A stretch of DNA of 64,000 nucleotides from Vitrella brassicaformis CCMP3155 (lineage: Eukaryota > Protista > Chromerida). Under the pieces are notes generated by a model that made no database searches, was not told the DNA's origin, and saw only the letters and a program-made list of their open reading frames with translations. Positions 1 through 10,533 of this stretch are shown here, piece by piece. Position 1 is the stretch's first letter; every line of letters starts with the position of its first letter. A program made the position numbers and the translations under genes. The DNA lies in NCBI GenBank assembly GCA_001179505.1, contig CDMY01000319.1:1-64000 (forward strand). Reading direction: 5' to 3'.

Positions 1-147
1 CACCAGTACCCACCCGCCGCCGCATACCACGCGCACGGCGTGTCTCCCCGGGTGAGCCGCATCACGCCCCCTCCGGCGCCGCGGGTGACGACGCAGTGGT
101 ACTACCCTTCGCCCATGCCCTCGCCCGTACGCCGCTCTGGTATGTCT

Positions 148-420
148 ATGGGAGAGGGAGGAGGGTGCACTGCATGCAACACAACACATCCATGTGTGTG
201 GTAGCCACCCACTCATGTGTGAACGAACGGCATCTCTCTCTTATCGCTCGGTGGTGTGGTGTCGTGTGCAGGGGGCAACAAGAAGAGCTGCGGGGTGGGG
301 TTCTGGGGCTGGTGGAAGTAGACAAGTGGTAGGCTCAAACAGCCACACACGTGTTGAGACGCTGTGCTTTGATGTGTCTTTGTGTGGTGTGTGTGGCAAT
401 CGTCAGATCTCGGGTATGCC
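148..420 (+). repeat. Dispersed repeat, copy 1 (intron-like module following a GT donor at ~140)
   Basis: ATGGGAGAGGGAGGAGGGTGCACTGCA...CATCCATGTGTGTGGTAGCCACCCACTCATGTGTGAACGAACGGCA...GGTAGGCTCAAACAGCCA recurs at 2427-2590. Its distal part recurs at 6481. Confidence 0.8.
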
Positions 421-1120
421 AACCACTTCAACTGAGGGATTGAGACGGCCGATGATTGAGAGGCAGGGCCGTGGGTGGAGGGGTGAGTGCGTGTAAGAGT
501 TTCTTTTGAACGGAGGAGCCGCCAAAATTGACCACTTGATTTGAGAAGAGATGGACGGATAAGTGAATGAATGGCCCCATGACACTTTCTGAGTTGACCG
601 GACCGCAGTTTCACGTTTTTCCGTGTGTGTGTGTGGTGTGCAATTGGCCGGCCTGGCTGTCAGTCTGTCTGCCTCAATATGCGTGTGGGCGGCGCTGTGT
701 GTGCTTGGGGGGAGGGCTGCTGAGAGAGACAAGGACAAAAGAAGAGCATGAAACGGTCAGGGACGGTCGTTTGTTGTCTGCCACTCATCGCACCTCACCA
801 CGTCACACCTCCCATCGCTCATCTCACGTGAGTGAGTGAATGAGGGAGTGATGTGGCAGTTTTTTGCCTTTTCGCTATTTTTCGTTTTTTCGCTTTTTCG
901 CTGGCCGCTCTTAATCTGAGTGCATTGCTATGCTACAGAATGAGACTCACTGGCACAACCAGAGAAGAGAGACCAATAATATCGATTCAATCAACCAAGT
1001 CAACAAAACAATCGAAACCAGTACTGACAAGCACATTCGTTGGTCACCGCAGTCCGGCCCCTGAACGGGCGGTTTCACAGATGTGAACGATACATCCGGC
1101 ACACAGTCCACTCACTTCAG

Positions 1121-2158
1121 TCACCCTCCAAAAGTGGTGATAACAGTGTCGTTGAATGCCACCGGACACTCGTTGTACTCGCCGGGCATTGCCGCCTCCC
1201 TCAGGGTCACACGCGACACCACCTCATCCACCACCCTCTCAGCATCTTCGTCACTCAACGCAGGGCACCTCACGCAACCGCCCCTTTGTGGGCCGCTCTG
1301 CCGGCTGCCCTCCTTTGGGCTCATCGAGTGCTCGGGCGACTCACACAGCGCCGCGAACTGATTGCGGGAGCGGCGCAACAATGTGGCTGGCTGCTCTGCT
1401 GGCCGAGGGATGGCATTGTTCCTGCTGTCGCGGTAGCGTGTGAGTGCGTTGCCCAGCAGCACAATGGGCAGGAGGGCTCGCTGGATGGCCGATGTGGTGT
1501 AGGGCAGTGAAGGCGAGCAGGCGGCATCCGTCTCGCCATCGAGCTGCAGATAGAGCCAGTAGAAGAGCACCCGGCCGTAGAGAAACTTCTCGCAATGCGG
1601 CATGAACAGCAGCACCACAGAAGAACTGTGCCGCCAAGTAGAGTGGATGTCCGCCAGCCGCTCGAACAGCCTGTCTGCTTGACGACTGGTGACGAAGCCG
1701 AGCTCCTTTGCCGTCTGCTCGTCCTTGTCGGTCATGATGGGGTCCGCAAGCCAGCAGTGCTGTCGTGAAGCCTTGAGGTGCTTCATGACCAGCTGCAGCA
1801 TCCCCAGCTGCACGGCAGAGGCGCGTGAGTGCTCGAAGCTGCCCAGACCAAGGGCGAGGCACATCAGCTGACGCGCCGAGGTCCTGTCCCTCGACGAAGT
1901 CGCCTCGGTGAGGAGATCTCTGACGGCTGACCAGTAGTGGGAGAGCTCCAGTCGCTGCGTGACGAGATGGACGAACACATGGGACCTCCTGGACGGTGGT
2001 GAGGAGGGATCACATGGCTGCGACGCTTCCTTGGTGGCGGTGAGAGGCGTCCGCCGTGTCCGCCTCTTGACGACGGTCGTCCACTGTTCGCCTCCATCCC
2101 CGCCTTGCTGTCCTCTGTGCGGTGGAGAGGCGGGCCCTTCAGACGGCGTTGGTGTCAT
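1121..2158 (-). CDS. SRR1: SRR1/Ber1-like protein (sensitivity to red light reduced 1 domain), intronless
   Basis: Motifs CLALGLGSF, QLGMLQL, DPIMTDKD, LLFMPHCEKFLY and IVLLGN match the SRR1 domain. First in-frame ATG is at 2158; the ORF-track start at 2299 is TTG. Confidence 0.8.
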   Translation of the reverse strand: MTPTPSEGPASPPHRGQQGGDGGEQWTTVVKRRTRRTPLTATKEASQPCDPSSPPSRRSHVFVHLVTQRLELSHYWSAVRDLLTEATSSRDRTSARQLMCLALGLGSFEHSRASAVQLGMLQLVMKHLKASRQHCWLADPIMTDKDEQTAKELGFVTSRQADRLFERLADIHSTWRHSSSVVLLFMPHCEKFLYGRVLFYWLYLQLDGETDAACSPSLPYTTSAIQRALLPIVLLGNALTRYRDSRNNAIPRPAEQPATLLRRSRNQFAALCESPEHSMSPKEGSRQSGPQRGGCVRCPALSDEDAERVVDEVVSRVTLREAAMPGEYNECPVAFNDTVITTFGG

Positions 2159-2426
2159 CCTCCAGCCACAGCTGCTGTTTTCCTTTCCCAATGCGTCGAG
2201 AATTTGGGCTCGAAGAAAGAGACGACAGACTTTTCGATTTTTCGATTTTTTCTTCAGTGTTTTCCACAAGCGCTGATGTTTCGTGGCCGTCAGCCCCAAC
2301 CATTACCCGCTCGGGCGCACGCCGTCGCAGCCCGAGGGGACCGCAACATCACCAGCAACAGCAGTGCGTCGCGGCCGCGGCCGCGGCACACCCAGCGAGC
2401 CGCATCACTCGCCCCGTTCAGGTACC

Positions 2427-2590
2427 ATGGGAGAGGGAGGAGGGTGCACTGCACGCAACACATCCATGTGTGTGGTAGCCACCCACTCATGTGTGAACGA
2501 ACGGCACCTCTCTGCACTCGCTCGGCGGTGTACATCTTGAGGCTTGGCGTGCAGGGGAGCAAGGACAAGGTGGTAGGCTCAAACAGCCAT
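2427..2590 (+). repeat. Dispersed repeat, copy 2
   Basis: Near-identical to 148-345. Preceded by a GT donor (TTCAG|GTACC) and by GAGCCGCATCAC, which is also present at ~53-64. Confidence 0.8.
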
Positions 2591-2788
2591 GCACATGGCC
2601 ACACAGCCAAACCGTGGCATTCATCCGTGGAATGCTGGGCTGCTGTTGTTGTGTGTGTCAGTTGCAAAGACGGGGGGCGTATCTTTTCATCGTAGCCCCA
2701 TTGCAAAGACTTAGGCCAAACTTGCAGCGACGAGCCAGGCACATGTGGAGGGAAAGGCCATGTGTGTGTCTGTTGGATTGTGTGCAGT

Positions 2789-3290
2789 CGGGACTGACCC
2801 GGACGAGGACGAATACATTGACATCGCAGATGCCCTCCGTCTCTACAATCTGCGCAAGATCTCAGAGAAATACAGCGGGCCGCTCTCAGCGGCTGATCTG
2901 GCTGCCATCAGAAGTCACATGGCCAGAGGCGTCCGCGCCCTCTGTCTCTTTGTCCAGGCTCACATGACGATATCCCAGGAAAGAAGTACTCGTCTGTCAG
3001 AGCTCTCCATTTGAGCAGGACGTCATTGCTGAGGTTGTCCAGCGCATAGAGGATGGCGCAGGCAGCACTCAACGAGAACCCATCTCAACGACCACATCTG
3101 AAGACATTTTGACGGTTCTTCTCGCGGTCTCAACCCCTTCACCCGCGCAGCTGCCAGCCTTAGGGAGATGTCCGCCGCCAATGCTCTCAAGGCAGAGGAG
3201 ACTCCAGAAGAGTGCCGAGAATCTCTCGGGCCATATGCAGCCAAAATGCCGACAAACGCCCGCGACCAGAAGGAGCAGCTACTTGAGGTA
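2789..3290 (+). pseudogene. Degraded or uncharacterised exons upstream of the ankyrin ORF
   Basis: Coding-like segments (GTDPDEDEYIDIADALRLYNLRKISEKY; SPFEQDVIAEVVQRIEDG; MSAANALKAEETPEECRESL) lie in different frames with partial splice signals. Confidence 0.3.
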
Positions 3291-3655
3291 GGGGATAAAA
3301 GGAGCACCACTGGCCCGGCGGACGGTGGCGATGGCGATGAAGGTACACTCAACTCAGACAAATGCAACACATCACATACACAGCAGACGATGTAGCCTGG
3401 AGGAACGGCATGACGGCATCGCACAACCAGACGGACCAGACCGCCATGGCATTGGCAGCGGTGGGTGACCATCATACCACACCCATGAGCAGCACACGCC
3501 GACACACGCCGTCGCTTTGTGCATGGGTGCAGGTGGAGGTGTTGGTCGGGGATTTCTTGGGCAGCAGCACAGCGGGCCGAACCGGAGCCGACAGAATGGA
3601 GGTAGACGCCGACTGACCCACCGACACACAAATCAGAATCGCCACTCACGCATCG

Positions 3656-4984
3656 TTGGTCATCTTGTGCGTCTGTCTGTCCGCTTTGTCAACCACAGGT
3701 CCGCCGGTACCCCGTGGCTGGAAGAGCCACAAGAACGGCGTCGAGGTCCGCGTCCCTCCTGGCACCAGTGACGCCAGCAGTCAGCTGATCTTGGCCATTC
3801 TTCGCCGCACCATCACTCACCCACAGCATATGACGCAGCTGATCCAGCAAGCCGACCCCAATGCGCAGCCTCGCCTGCACGTGGAGGGCACCACCACGAC
3901 CCCCACGACCCGCTTCAAACACTATCCGCTGCTGTCGCTGTCCATTGACAACCTCAGTGACAACAGCGTGCCAACCATCTGGGCAGCCAAAGGCGATAAC
4001 GCTTCGGCCCCCGTCGCCATCCCGAAGTGGCAGACGCCCGGTCTCCAGCTCGCTATCATGCGAATCCTAATCGAGAGAGGGGCCGACATCAATGCGGGTC
4101 TTGGTTCTCCCATCCGGGTGGCCATCGCCTCGTGCAAGCGGACCGCATTCGACCTCCTGATGAGCCAGCTAGGTACGCGCCCATTCACAGCACTCACGAC
4201 ATGGAACACACACGATGATGGATGTTGGGACGTCTGTCTGTCTGTCTGCCTGTCTGTTCAAGGCATCCAGCTGCGGGGGCGTCAGGTGCTGGACTTGCCG
4301 GAAACGTTGCCGACGGACCAGCCGACTGAGGCCCACGAAGCCATCCTGCTGTCCTTCTACCAACAACTCATCCAGCGGGACAGCACACTCGCAACCGAGC
4401 GGAGAGCGGACGGCAACAATTATTTGCATGTGGCGGCCGCCGACCGTACACTGCCTTTCGTTTGTTCTCAGCAGTTCATCGAGAATTACATCGGCCTGCT
4501 GGTGGCCAACGGGGCGGACATCGCGGGCGTGGACAACGACCTGCGCGTGACGCCATTGCATCACGCGGCACTCCGCGGCTCCCACCGTTTGGCTGCGTCT
4601 CTCTGCCGCCGTCTCGCCGCTGCTGACGTCAACAGAGGGCCGCCGAATGACCCCAGCTTCACACCCCTCACCATTTCGGCCCGATGCCTCTATGGCGTCA
4701 CACAGACGCTGCAAGACAACAACACGGGGCAGGCCGTGAGGGATCGGGCCAATATCCGGATCCCCCAGTGGAAGGCCACCATCCGCACACTCCTCCGGGC
4801 GGGCGCTGACATTGCCCTCATGCCCATGGCCACCGAGGGGCAGCGACAGCAGCGGCAATGGGTACTGGCCGAGTGCACGACGGTGCTCAACGAGCTGGGC
4901 GATGCCGTCATGGCTGCCATCAATGACGCCCTCGCCCCTCAGCGGTCGCTTGCGGCCTTGCTCGCCCACTGTCATACTGGGTGA
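3656..4984 (+). CDS. Ankyrin-repeat protein of a lineage-expanded family, probably 3'-truncated
   Basis: Ankyrin-type motifs LIERGADIN, NNYLHVAAA, LVANGADIA, TPLHHAA and LLRAGADI. In-frame microsatellite intron at ~4172-4261. Ends abruptly after LAALLAHC. Confidence 0.75.
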   Translation: MVILCVCLSALSTTGPPVPRGWKSHKNGVEVRVPPGTSDASSQLILAILRRTITHPQHMTQLIQQADPNAQPRLHVEGTTTTPTTRFKHYPLLSLSIDNLSDNSVPTIWAAKGDNASAPVAIPKWQTPGLQLAIMRILIERGADINAGLGSPIRVAIASCKRTAFDLLMSQLGTRPFTALTTWNTHDDGCWDVCLSVCLSVQGIQLRGRQVLDLPETLPTDQPTEAHEAILLSFYQQLIQRDSTLATERRADGNNYLHVAAADRTLPFVCSQQFIENYIGLLVANGADIAGVDNDLRVTPLHHAALRGSHRLAASLCRRLAAADVNRGPPNDPSFTPLTISARCLYGVTQTLQDNNTGQAVRDRANIRIPQWKATIRTLLRAGADIALMPMATEGQRQQRQWVLAECTTVLNELGDAVMAAINDALAPQRSLAALLAHCHTG

Positions 4985-5830
4985 TTTGTTTCTGAACAGT
5001 CGCCGTCCTCACTCGACAAGCGTCGTCATAAGTGTCGGCACGGCCCTTCTTCCCCCTCTCCCTCCGTTTGTTTGCTGCCCTCAGCTGCTGTCTTCCGGGT
5101 GGAGTGATCCCGGCCTCCTACGCTAAATCGTACCGCGGAGGTATCCACGCCCGCGCCACCACCACCAACAACAGCCTCCGGTTCAAAGCCGTGTCGGCCA
5201 CTGCCCGTCCCGCCATGCACACACAGCCGCTACAGGTACCTAACTAACTGCTAAAGTTAGTTGAGTGAGATGCATCCAGGACTTGATGGCTTCATCCATC
5301 TCCATCAACCTGTTCGTTCTCTGCTCTGTCAGCTGTCGGGCTCCCCTGGGGCGGCCTTCATCCCACCGTCGCATCACATCGCACAAGGACGAGAGCAGCC
5401 AGCTGGGGAGCCCTCTACCAAGATGCGTGCCCTGCTAGGCACCCCCGACCCCCAGGTCGTTAAAGTTGCCGGTGGGGCAGGAATGGTGAACACGACCCGC
5501 CCCAAGGCGCGCGGACCCGCTCCGCCCGCAGCGAACTGCGCACAGCCACAGCCATTCGGTAAGAAGACGACGAATCGCGACCTTCACTTTTTTGGAAAGC
5601 ACTCCGTTGTGCATTGTCTCGATTACAGGTGCCGGTGTCGGTGTTAAAGGTGCTGGTGCTGGTGCTGGTGCTGGTGTTGGTGGCGGCGTGTTGTGGTTCG
5701 CCCGCGTGTGCGTTTTGTTTCTCCATTCTCTCCATTTTCCAACCCACAGCCAGCAGCAGCATCACATATTTTCCGCTCGAGGGCTGGCGGCCGCTGACCC
5801 CCGCTCTTAATTTTTCGTCCGTTTCGTCTT

Positions 5831-6268
5831 TTGCCAAGAACGCCATCATCTGCCACTTCAAGGACACTCACGAGATTCACACCTGCACCACTGAGTCCTC
5901 CATCGACAAGTGAGACGGGACATGACTCTGTGTGGGCATTGTCACGACACACGAGTGTATCTATGTTATGTGTGTGTCCTTTACTGTTCAGGCATGCCGA
6001 CAACGGCCGGCTGGGCACCATTATGACACAGTCCCCCGACATGCCAGTGGGGGGATGCACCACAACGATGTCAAGCTGCGCATCTGGCGTTAGATCTTAT
6101 TATCGTCTTATCGTGTTGACCAACGCCAGCCATCCGTTCGTCGCATGGATCAGCTTCACTCTTTACTGGAACGGTCAGCCCAGCACGAACGGGGAGAGGA
6201 GGGCCGGCACACCTATACACACAAACACGCAGCACTCATTCTCGCCGGCTGTCTGTGCTGTCCTGTGA
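5831..6268 (+). pseudogene. Orphan coding-like exon fragments
   Basis: One plausible GT-AG intron (~5910-5991) joins AIICHFKDTHEIHTC to HADNGRLG...YYRLIVLTNASHPFVAWISF. No clear start codon. Confidence 0.25.
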
Positions 6269-6480
6269 TTCCTTCGCAGTGGGTGTGGTTATCGAGACAA
6301 GCGAGCCGGCTGTGTGTGGCGTGGGTCGCGCCTTCAAGGACCGCTTCCCGCAGACCACTCGGCTTGCGCGAGTGGTGCTGGGGGCCGTCATCTCAGCTAT
6401 GGTCTTCGACCGATAGAAGATGACTGAGGTGACGGCTGACACAAGCAGGAGATGAGGTGAGGTCCATGTGGATCCGATTC

Positions 6481-6560
6481 GGTAGGCTCAAACAACCACA
6501 CAGACACACACGCGTTGAGACGTTGGGCATTTGTGTGTCTGTGTGCTGTGTGGTCTGCGT
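6481..6560 (+). repeat. Dispersed repeat, partial copy 3
   Basis: GGTAGGCTCAAACAACCACAC...GTTGAGACG matches 328-362. Confidence 0.65.
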
Positions 6561-7138
6561 GTGTCGAGCGTCAGATCCCCGTTGAGCTCATGTGTGCAAG
6601 TAAGGTGGATACCAATCGTTGCCTTCATTTTATATTTGACGGCTGTTGTGCAACTAACTTCTGTGTCTCCATTTCACTGCCTGGGGGATGGGACACTCGT
6701 GTGGTTCCGGTGCGTGTGGATGCATTTGTTGTTTCAATCGTGTGCTTTGACCGACGGACGGACAAGCCGCAATGATGATTGTAAAACGCATTCATGTCTC
6801 TCTTTCTCAGCTCGCGCATAGCTGAACACGCGCTAGACGGAAAAACCACTGTTCCATCATCCATCCATCCGCCTTTCCATTGGAGCAGTCGGCCACGTGT
6901 AAGTGTCGAGAGAAACAAGGGCAGACAGGCACATGATTTGAGAGCTCGCAGCACACCGATACCAACCAACACTGTCTGCCGACCCGTACACACATTTACC
7001 CATCCGTCACAACACTCACAGAATGAGGCAGGGAGAAGGTAGCAATGACGGACACACAGGCGCAAAAATGCATGCCTTGCTTCTAGATGGTGTGGTGGGA
7101 GGGGAGGGTGTGTGCAGCAAGCCAGTAGGGTAGCCCAG

Positions 7139-8932
7139 CTAGTGGAGCCCTCTCGCCGTCATGACCTCCAGCATCTTCTTGCCCATCTCTGCCGGCGATC
7201 GAACCACCTCCACACCTGCAGACAGACAGACAGACAGACAGATAGACAGACAGACAGACATGTACAATGAGACATGACCGGTCCGCCGCCGTGTCCGCGT
7301 GTCTTCCCTGACCTGCTTCCTCGAGTGCCTTGATTTTGTCCTCGGCGCCGCCCTTGCCTCCGGAGATGATGGCGCCGGCATGACCTGATGGATGGATGAA
7401 TGGTGCCAAAGTGGTCGGGTTCTCTGGTGCTCTCCGTCTGTGCGGCCGTGTTTACCCATTCTGCGTCCAGGTGGGGCGGTGAGGCCGGCAATGAAGCTGA
7501 CCACAGGCTTGTTCTCCTTGTTGTGGTCTGCAGACGGGAGACAGGGAAAGGAGAGAGATTCCCATCGGTTTGTTGATCGTGTGTCGGCCACGGCATGTAC
7601 CCTTGAGCCATGCAGCGGCATCCTCCTCAGCGCTGCCGCCGATCTCGCCAATCATTATGATGCCTGGGCAAACAAATGCATGTACATGCAGCCGTCCACA
7701 CACACACACACTCCCTGCCTCTGTGAGGTGTGTGTCAGTACCTTTGGTCTGCGGGTCTTCGACGAATTTTTCGAGGCAGTCGATGAAGTTGGTCCCGTTG
7801 AAAGGATCGCCCCCTATGCCTGCACGACAGAGGCACCAACACAACAAGAGGCAACGTCGATTTTGGCCTCTCTCCTCTCTCCCTCTCTCCCTCCCTCCGT
7901 TCTTGTGTGCCCTCCGTGCGTGTGTGTTGCTTCATACCGACGCATGTTGACTGTCCCAGCTTGACAGTGGACGTCTGATTGACCGCCTCGTAAGTCAGTG
8001 TGCCGCTGCGGCTCACCACACCTAACCACAAACACATAGATATACCTAACACACATACACGCAGGCAGGCAGGCAGGCATGGCGAGCCCGGCGCTCACGG
8101 ACCGATGCATCCTGGATTGTGGATGTATCCCGGCATGATGCCGATTTTGCATTCTCCCGGCTTGATGATGCCCGGGCAGTTGGGTCCGATGAGTCGGGTC
8201 TTGCTCTGCTTCATGAGAGCGTTCTTGACCTTGACCATGTCTTGCTGCGGGATGCCCTCGGTGATGCACACCACCAACCCTAGCTCGGCCTCCATCGCCT
8301 CCAATATCGCCTTGGCCGCGAAACTCGGCGGCACGTAAATGACCGACGCGTCACAGCCCGTCTTCTCCTTAGCCTGTGGTGGACGAGTGGGCAAAGAAAA
8401 CACACACGCAACAATACTCATCTCATCCACGTGACATGACATCTGTGTGTGGCTGTGTGCTGTGTGGCTGACCTCCTTGACTGATGCGAAGACAGGTAGC
8501 GAGTACTTGTTGTCGTGTGAGTGCCATGTGGTGCCGGCCTTGGAGGGGTTGACGCCACCCACCATCTGCGTGCCGTACTCGAGCGCCTGCTCCGTGTGAA
8601 ACGTCCCCTACCAATCATTCCCACAAGACACACACAAGTACACACAACTGATCACTGCCCGCGTGTGTGTGTGTCTGTGTGTGTGAGTGTGTGTACCTGT
8701 TTGCCTGTGAGTCCCTGGCAAATGACCTTTGTGTTCTTATCGACAAACACTCTGGCGGTGGAGGAGAAGCGACTGCCCTGAAATACACGCCAAGGCCGAG
8801 CAAGCAATGAAAGGGTGATGGTGCTTTTCTCTTCGGGCATACCGCCCGCAGGAGTGGCGTCACCGAGGCCATAGACGGCAGTGCTGAGACCGCAGAGGCC
8901 GCCTTGGCGGCAATTTCACGTCTTGCAAACAT
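7139..8932 (-). CDS. SUCLG1: Succinyl-CoA ligase (synthetase) alpha subunit, mitochondrial, about 10 exons
   Basis: Spliced exons give [49 protein letters not shown] and RRMGHAGAII, plus an N-terminal Arg/Ser/Ala-rich presequence. Confidence 0.97.
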
Positions 8933-9129
8933 CTGCTTGCGAATACGCAGGAAGCGCAAGGGGACCTCTCCTATGTTTGTCTGATTCCCTTACCCCTTCT
9001 TCCTCTGCGAGCTAAGCCAATGGTCTGCGTCGCGTTGCAACCTGTGCAAGAAGGATGGCAACAAAGGACGGATTGTACTTCTCTCGGGTTGTCCTCTTCT
9101 TCTCCCATCTTGATTATTGATTCGTACTG

Positions 9130-10230
9130 ATGGCGTGCTCTGTGCTGCCCGTGGAGCTGTGGCGCGTGAGCGTGGCTGCATACCTCGCCGTCCCTGACGT
9201 GGCCTCTCTGCGCAGTACCTCTATTGCAGCCGGCACATCTATCATCACCGCTGATCTATTGCTGGAGCGAATCGATGCCCTCCTCTCGCGTCACTCGCTG
9301 CGTGGCGTCATCGATGTGGACCGCAGCCTTGCGTCACCGGCTGGTGGTGGTGGTTGTGCCGTCGGGCTGGTCGCCCTCATTCGCCGGACCATTGGAGTTA
9401 CACGCCAGCAATGTGGGAGTCCGAGCTGCTTCAGCTATTTCCTTGCGTGCGCTCACATGCTGGAGCAGGGTGACAACGGGTGGAGGAACATTGGGGCCTT
9501 GATTCGGTTGGCCGTCATTGGTCGGCTGATGGATCAGAGTGGGCAGCCAGTGGTTCTGTCAGCGCGATGGGTGGCGGCTCACGTCCGCACGAAGGCCTCG
9601 CGTCGGCCGCCTCTCATGATTGCCGTCTACTGGTCTTTGATTGGGCACCGACTGAAACTGAGACGGGGCAGCCTGGCGCTGAAACGAATGTGGAACGGAG
9701 GGTGTGAGATACGGCCGTATCGGGCCTTTCGTGTGGTGCCTTTGGCTAATTTGCCGCCTGGTGATCCCTATGCCGCCTTGGGCCACAACCAGCACGATCC
9801 CGTCGTCGGAGAAACGAATTATTTAAAACGTCTTTTCCCTTGCTTCTCGGCGTTTGTGCTCGACAGCTTGGCCACGTGGTGGTGTGCACCAGAAGTCGTT
9901 CTCGAACGACGCGGCACCCGCCTCAGTCGCTGTCGCTCTCTGATGCATGCTGAGATCAATGACGACGACGCCATCGCAGTGGACTGTTGTAGGTCCAATC
10001 GTGAGATTCGCCCCCTCCGCTGGGTCTTTCTAAGTGGGTTTCGGCCTGACGACACCATTGCCGTCTTTATGTCGGTGCGTTATGGGGCTATCAAGCTCCT
10101 CACGACTGAGCCACGCGCCGCCGATGCATCGTGTCCGCTCGACCTTTGGTTCCCCATGTCGATGCGGCTCTTCCGTTGTGTGCTTAGGCGATTCGGTCTG
10201 GAGAAGGAGGTCATTGAGGGGGCGTCGTGA
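9130..10230 (+). CDS. Intronless hypothetical protein with N-terminal F-box-like motif (lineage-expanded family)
   Basis: 366-aa ORF starting LPVELWRVSVAAYLAVPDVASLRSTS. Lies head-to-head with SUCLG1. Confidence 0.7.
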   Translation: MACSVLPVELWRVSVAAYLAVPDVASLRSTSIAAGTSIITADLLLERIDALLSRHSLRGVIDVDRSLASPAGGGGCAVGLVALIRRTIGVTRQQCGSPSCFSYFLACAHMLEQGDNGWRNIGALIRLAVIGRLMDQSGQPVVLSARWVAAHVRTKASRRPPLMIAVYWSLIGHRLKLRRGSLALKRMWNGGCEIRPYRAFRVVPLANLPPGDPYAALGHNQHDPVVGETNYLKRLFPCFSAFVLDSLATWWCAPEVVLERRGTRLSRCRSLMHAEINDDDAIAVDCCRSNREIRPLRWVFLSGFRPDDTIAVFMSVRYGAIKLLTTEPRAADASCPLDLWFPMSMRLFRCVLRRFGLEKEVIEGAS

Positions 10231-10533
10231 CTGTGTAATAGTGGTGGCCATGGTGGACACAGTCATTCGAGTATTGCCTGGTGTGTGTGAGTAATCTGGG
10301 TGAAGGAGTTTGTACTAAATAAGGGGACATTGAGTGTGGTGTCTTGGATCGCAGTGCGATACCTGATTGAGTAATAAGCTGCGCGTTGTGTGAATGCAAG
10401 AGGCAGACATGATTGTCGTTGTGCACACTGGCTGTTCGTGTGAATCAACGGTCGTTTGCCTATATGTTTTCTGTTCATTTGTATTTCGATCGGCCGATCG
10501 TTTGCTTATACGCATATACTATTTGTTTCGCGA

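Noticed and set aside
326-345. GGTAGGCTCAAAC module as a spliced-leader or snRNA gene targeted by CRE
   Set aside because: No recognisable SL, Sm-site or snRNA sequence. It lies within intron-like DNA and is not at the element's junctions.
10394-10533. N-terminus MQEADMIVV... as the element's own start
   Set aside because: This is host upstream sequence, present in copy B (62948-62820). It is not element-derived.
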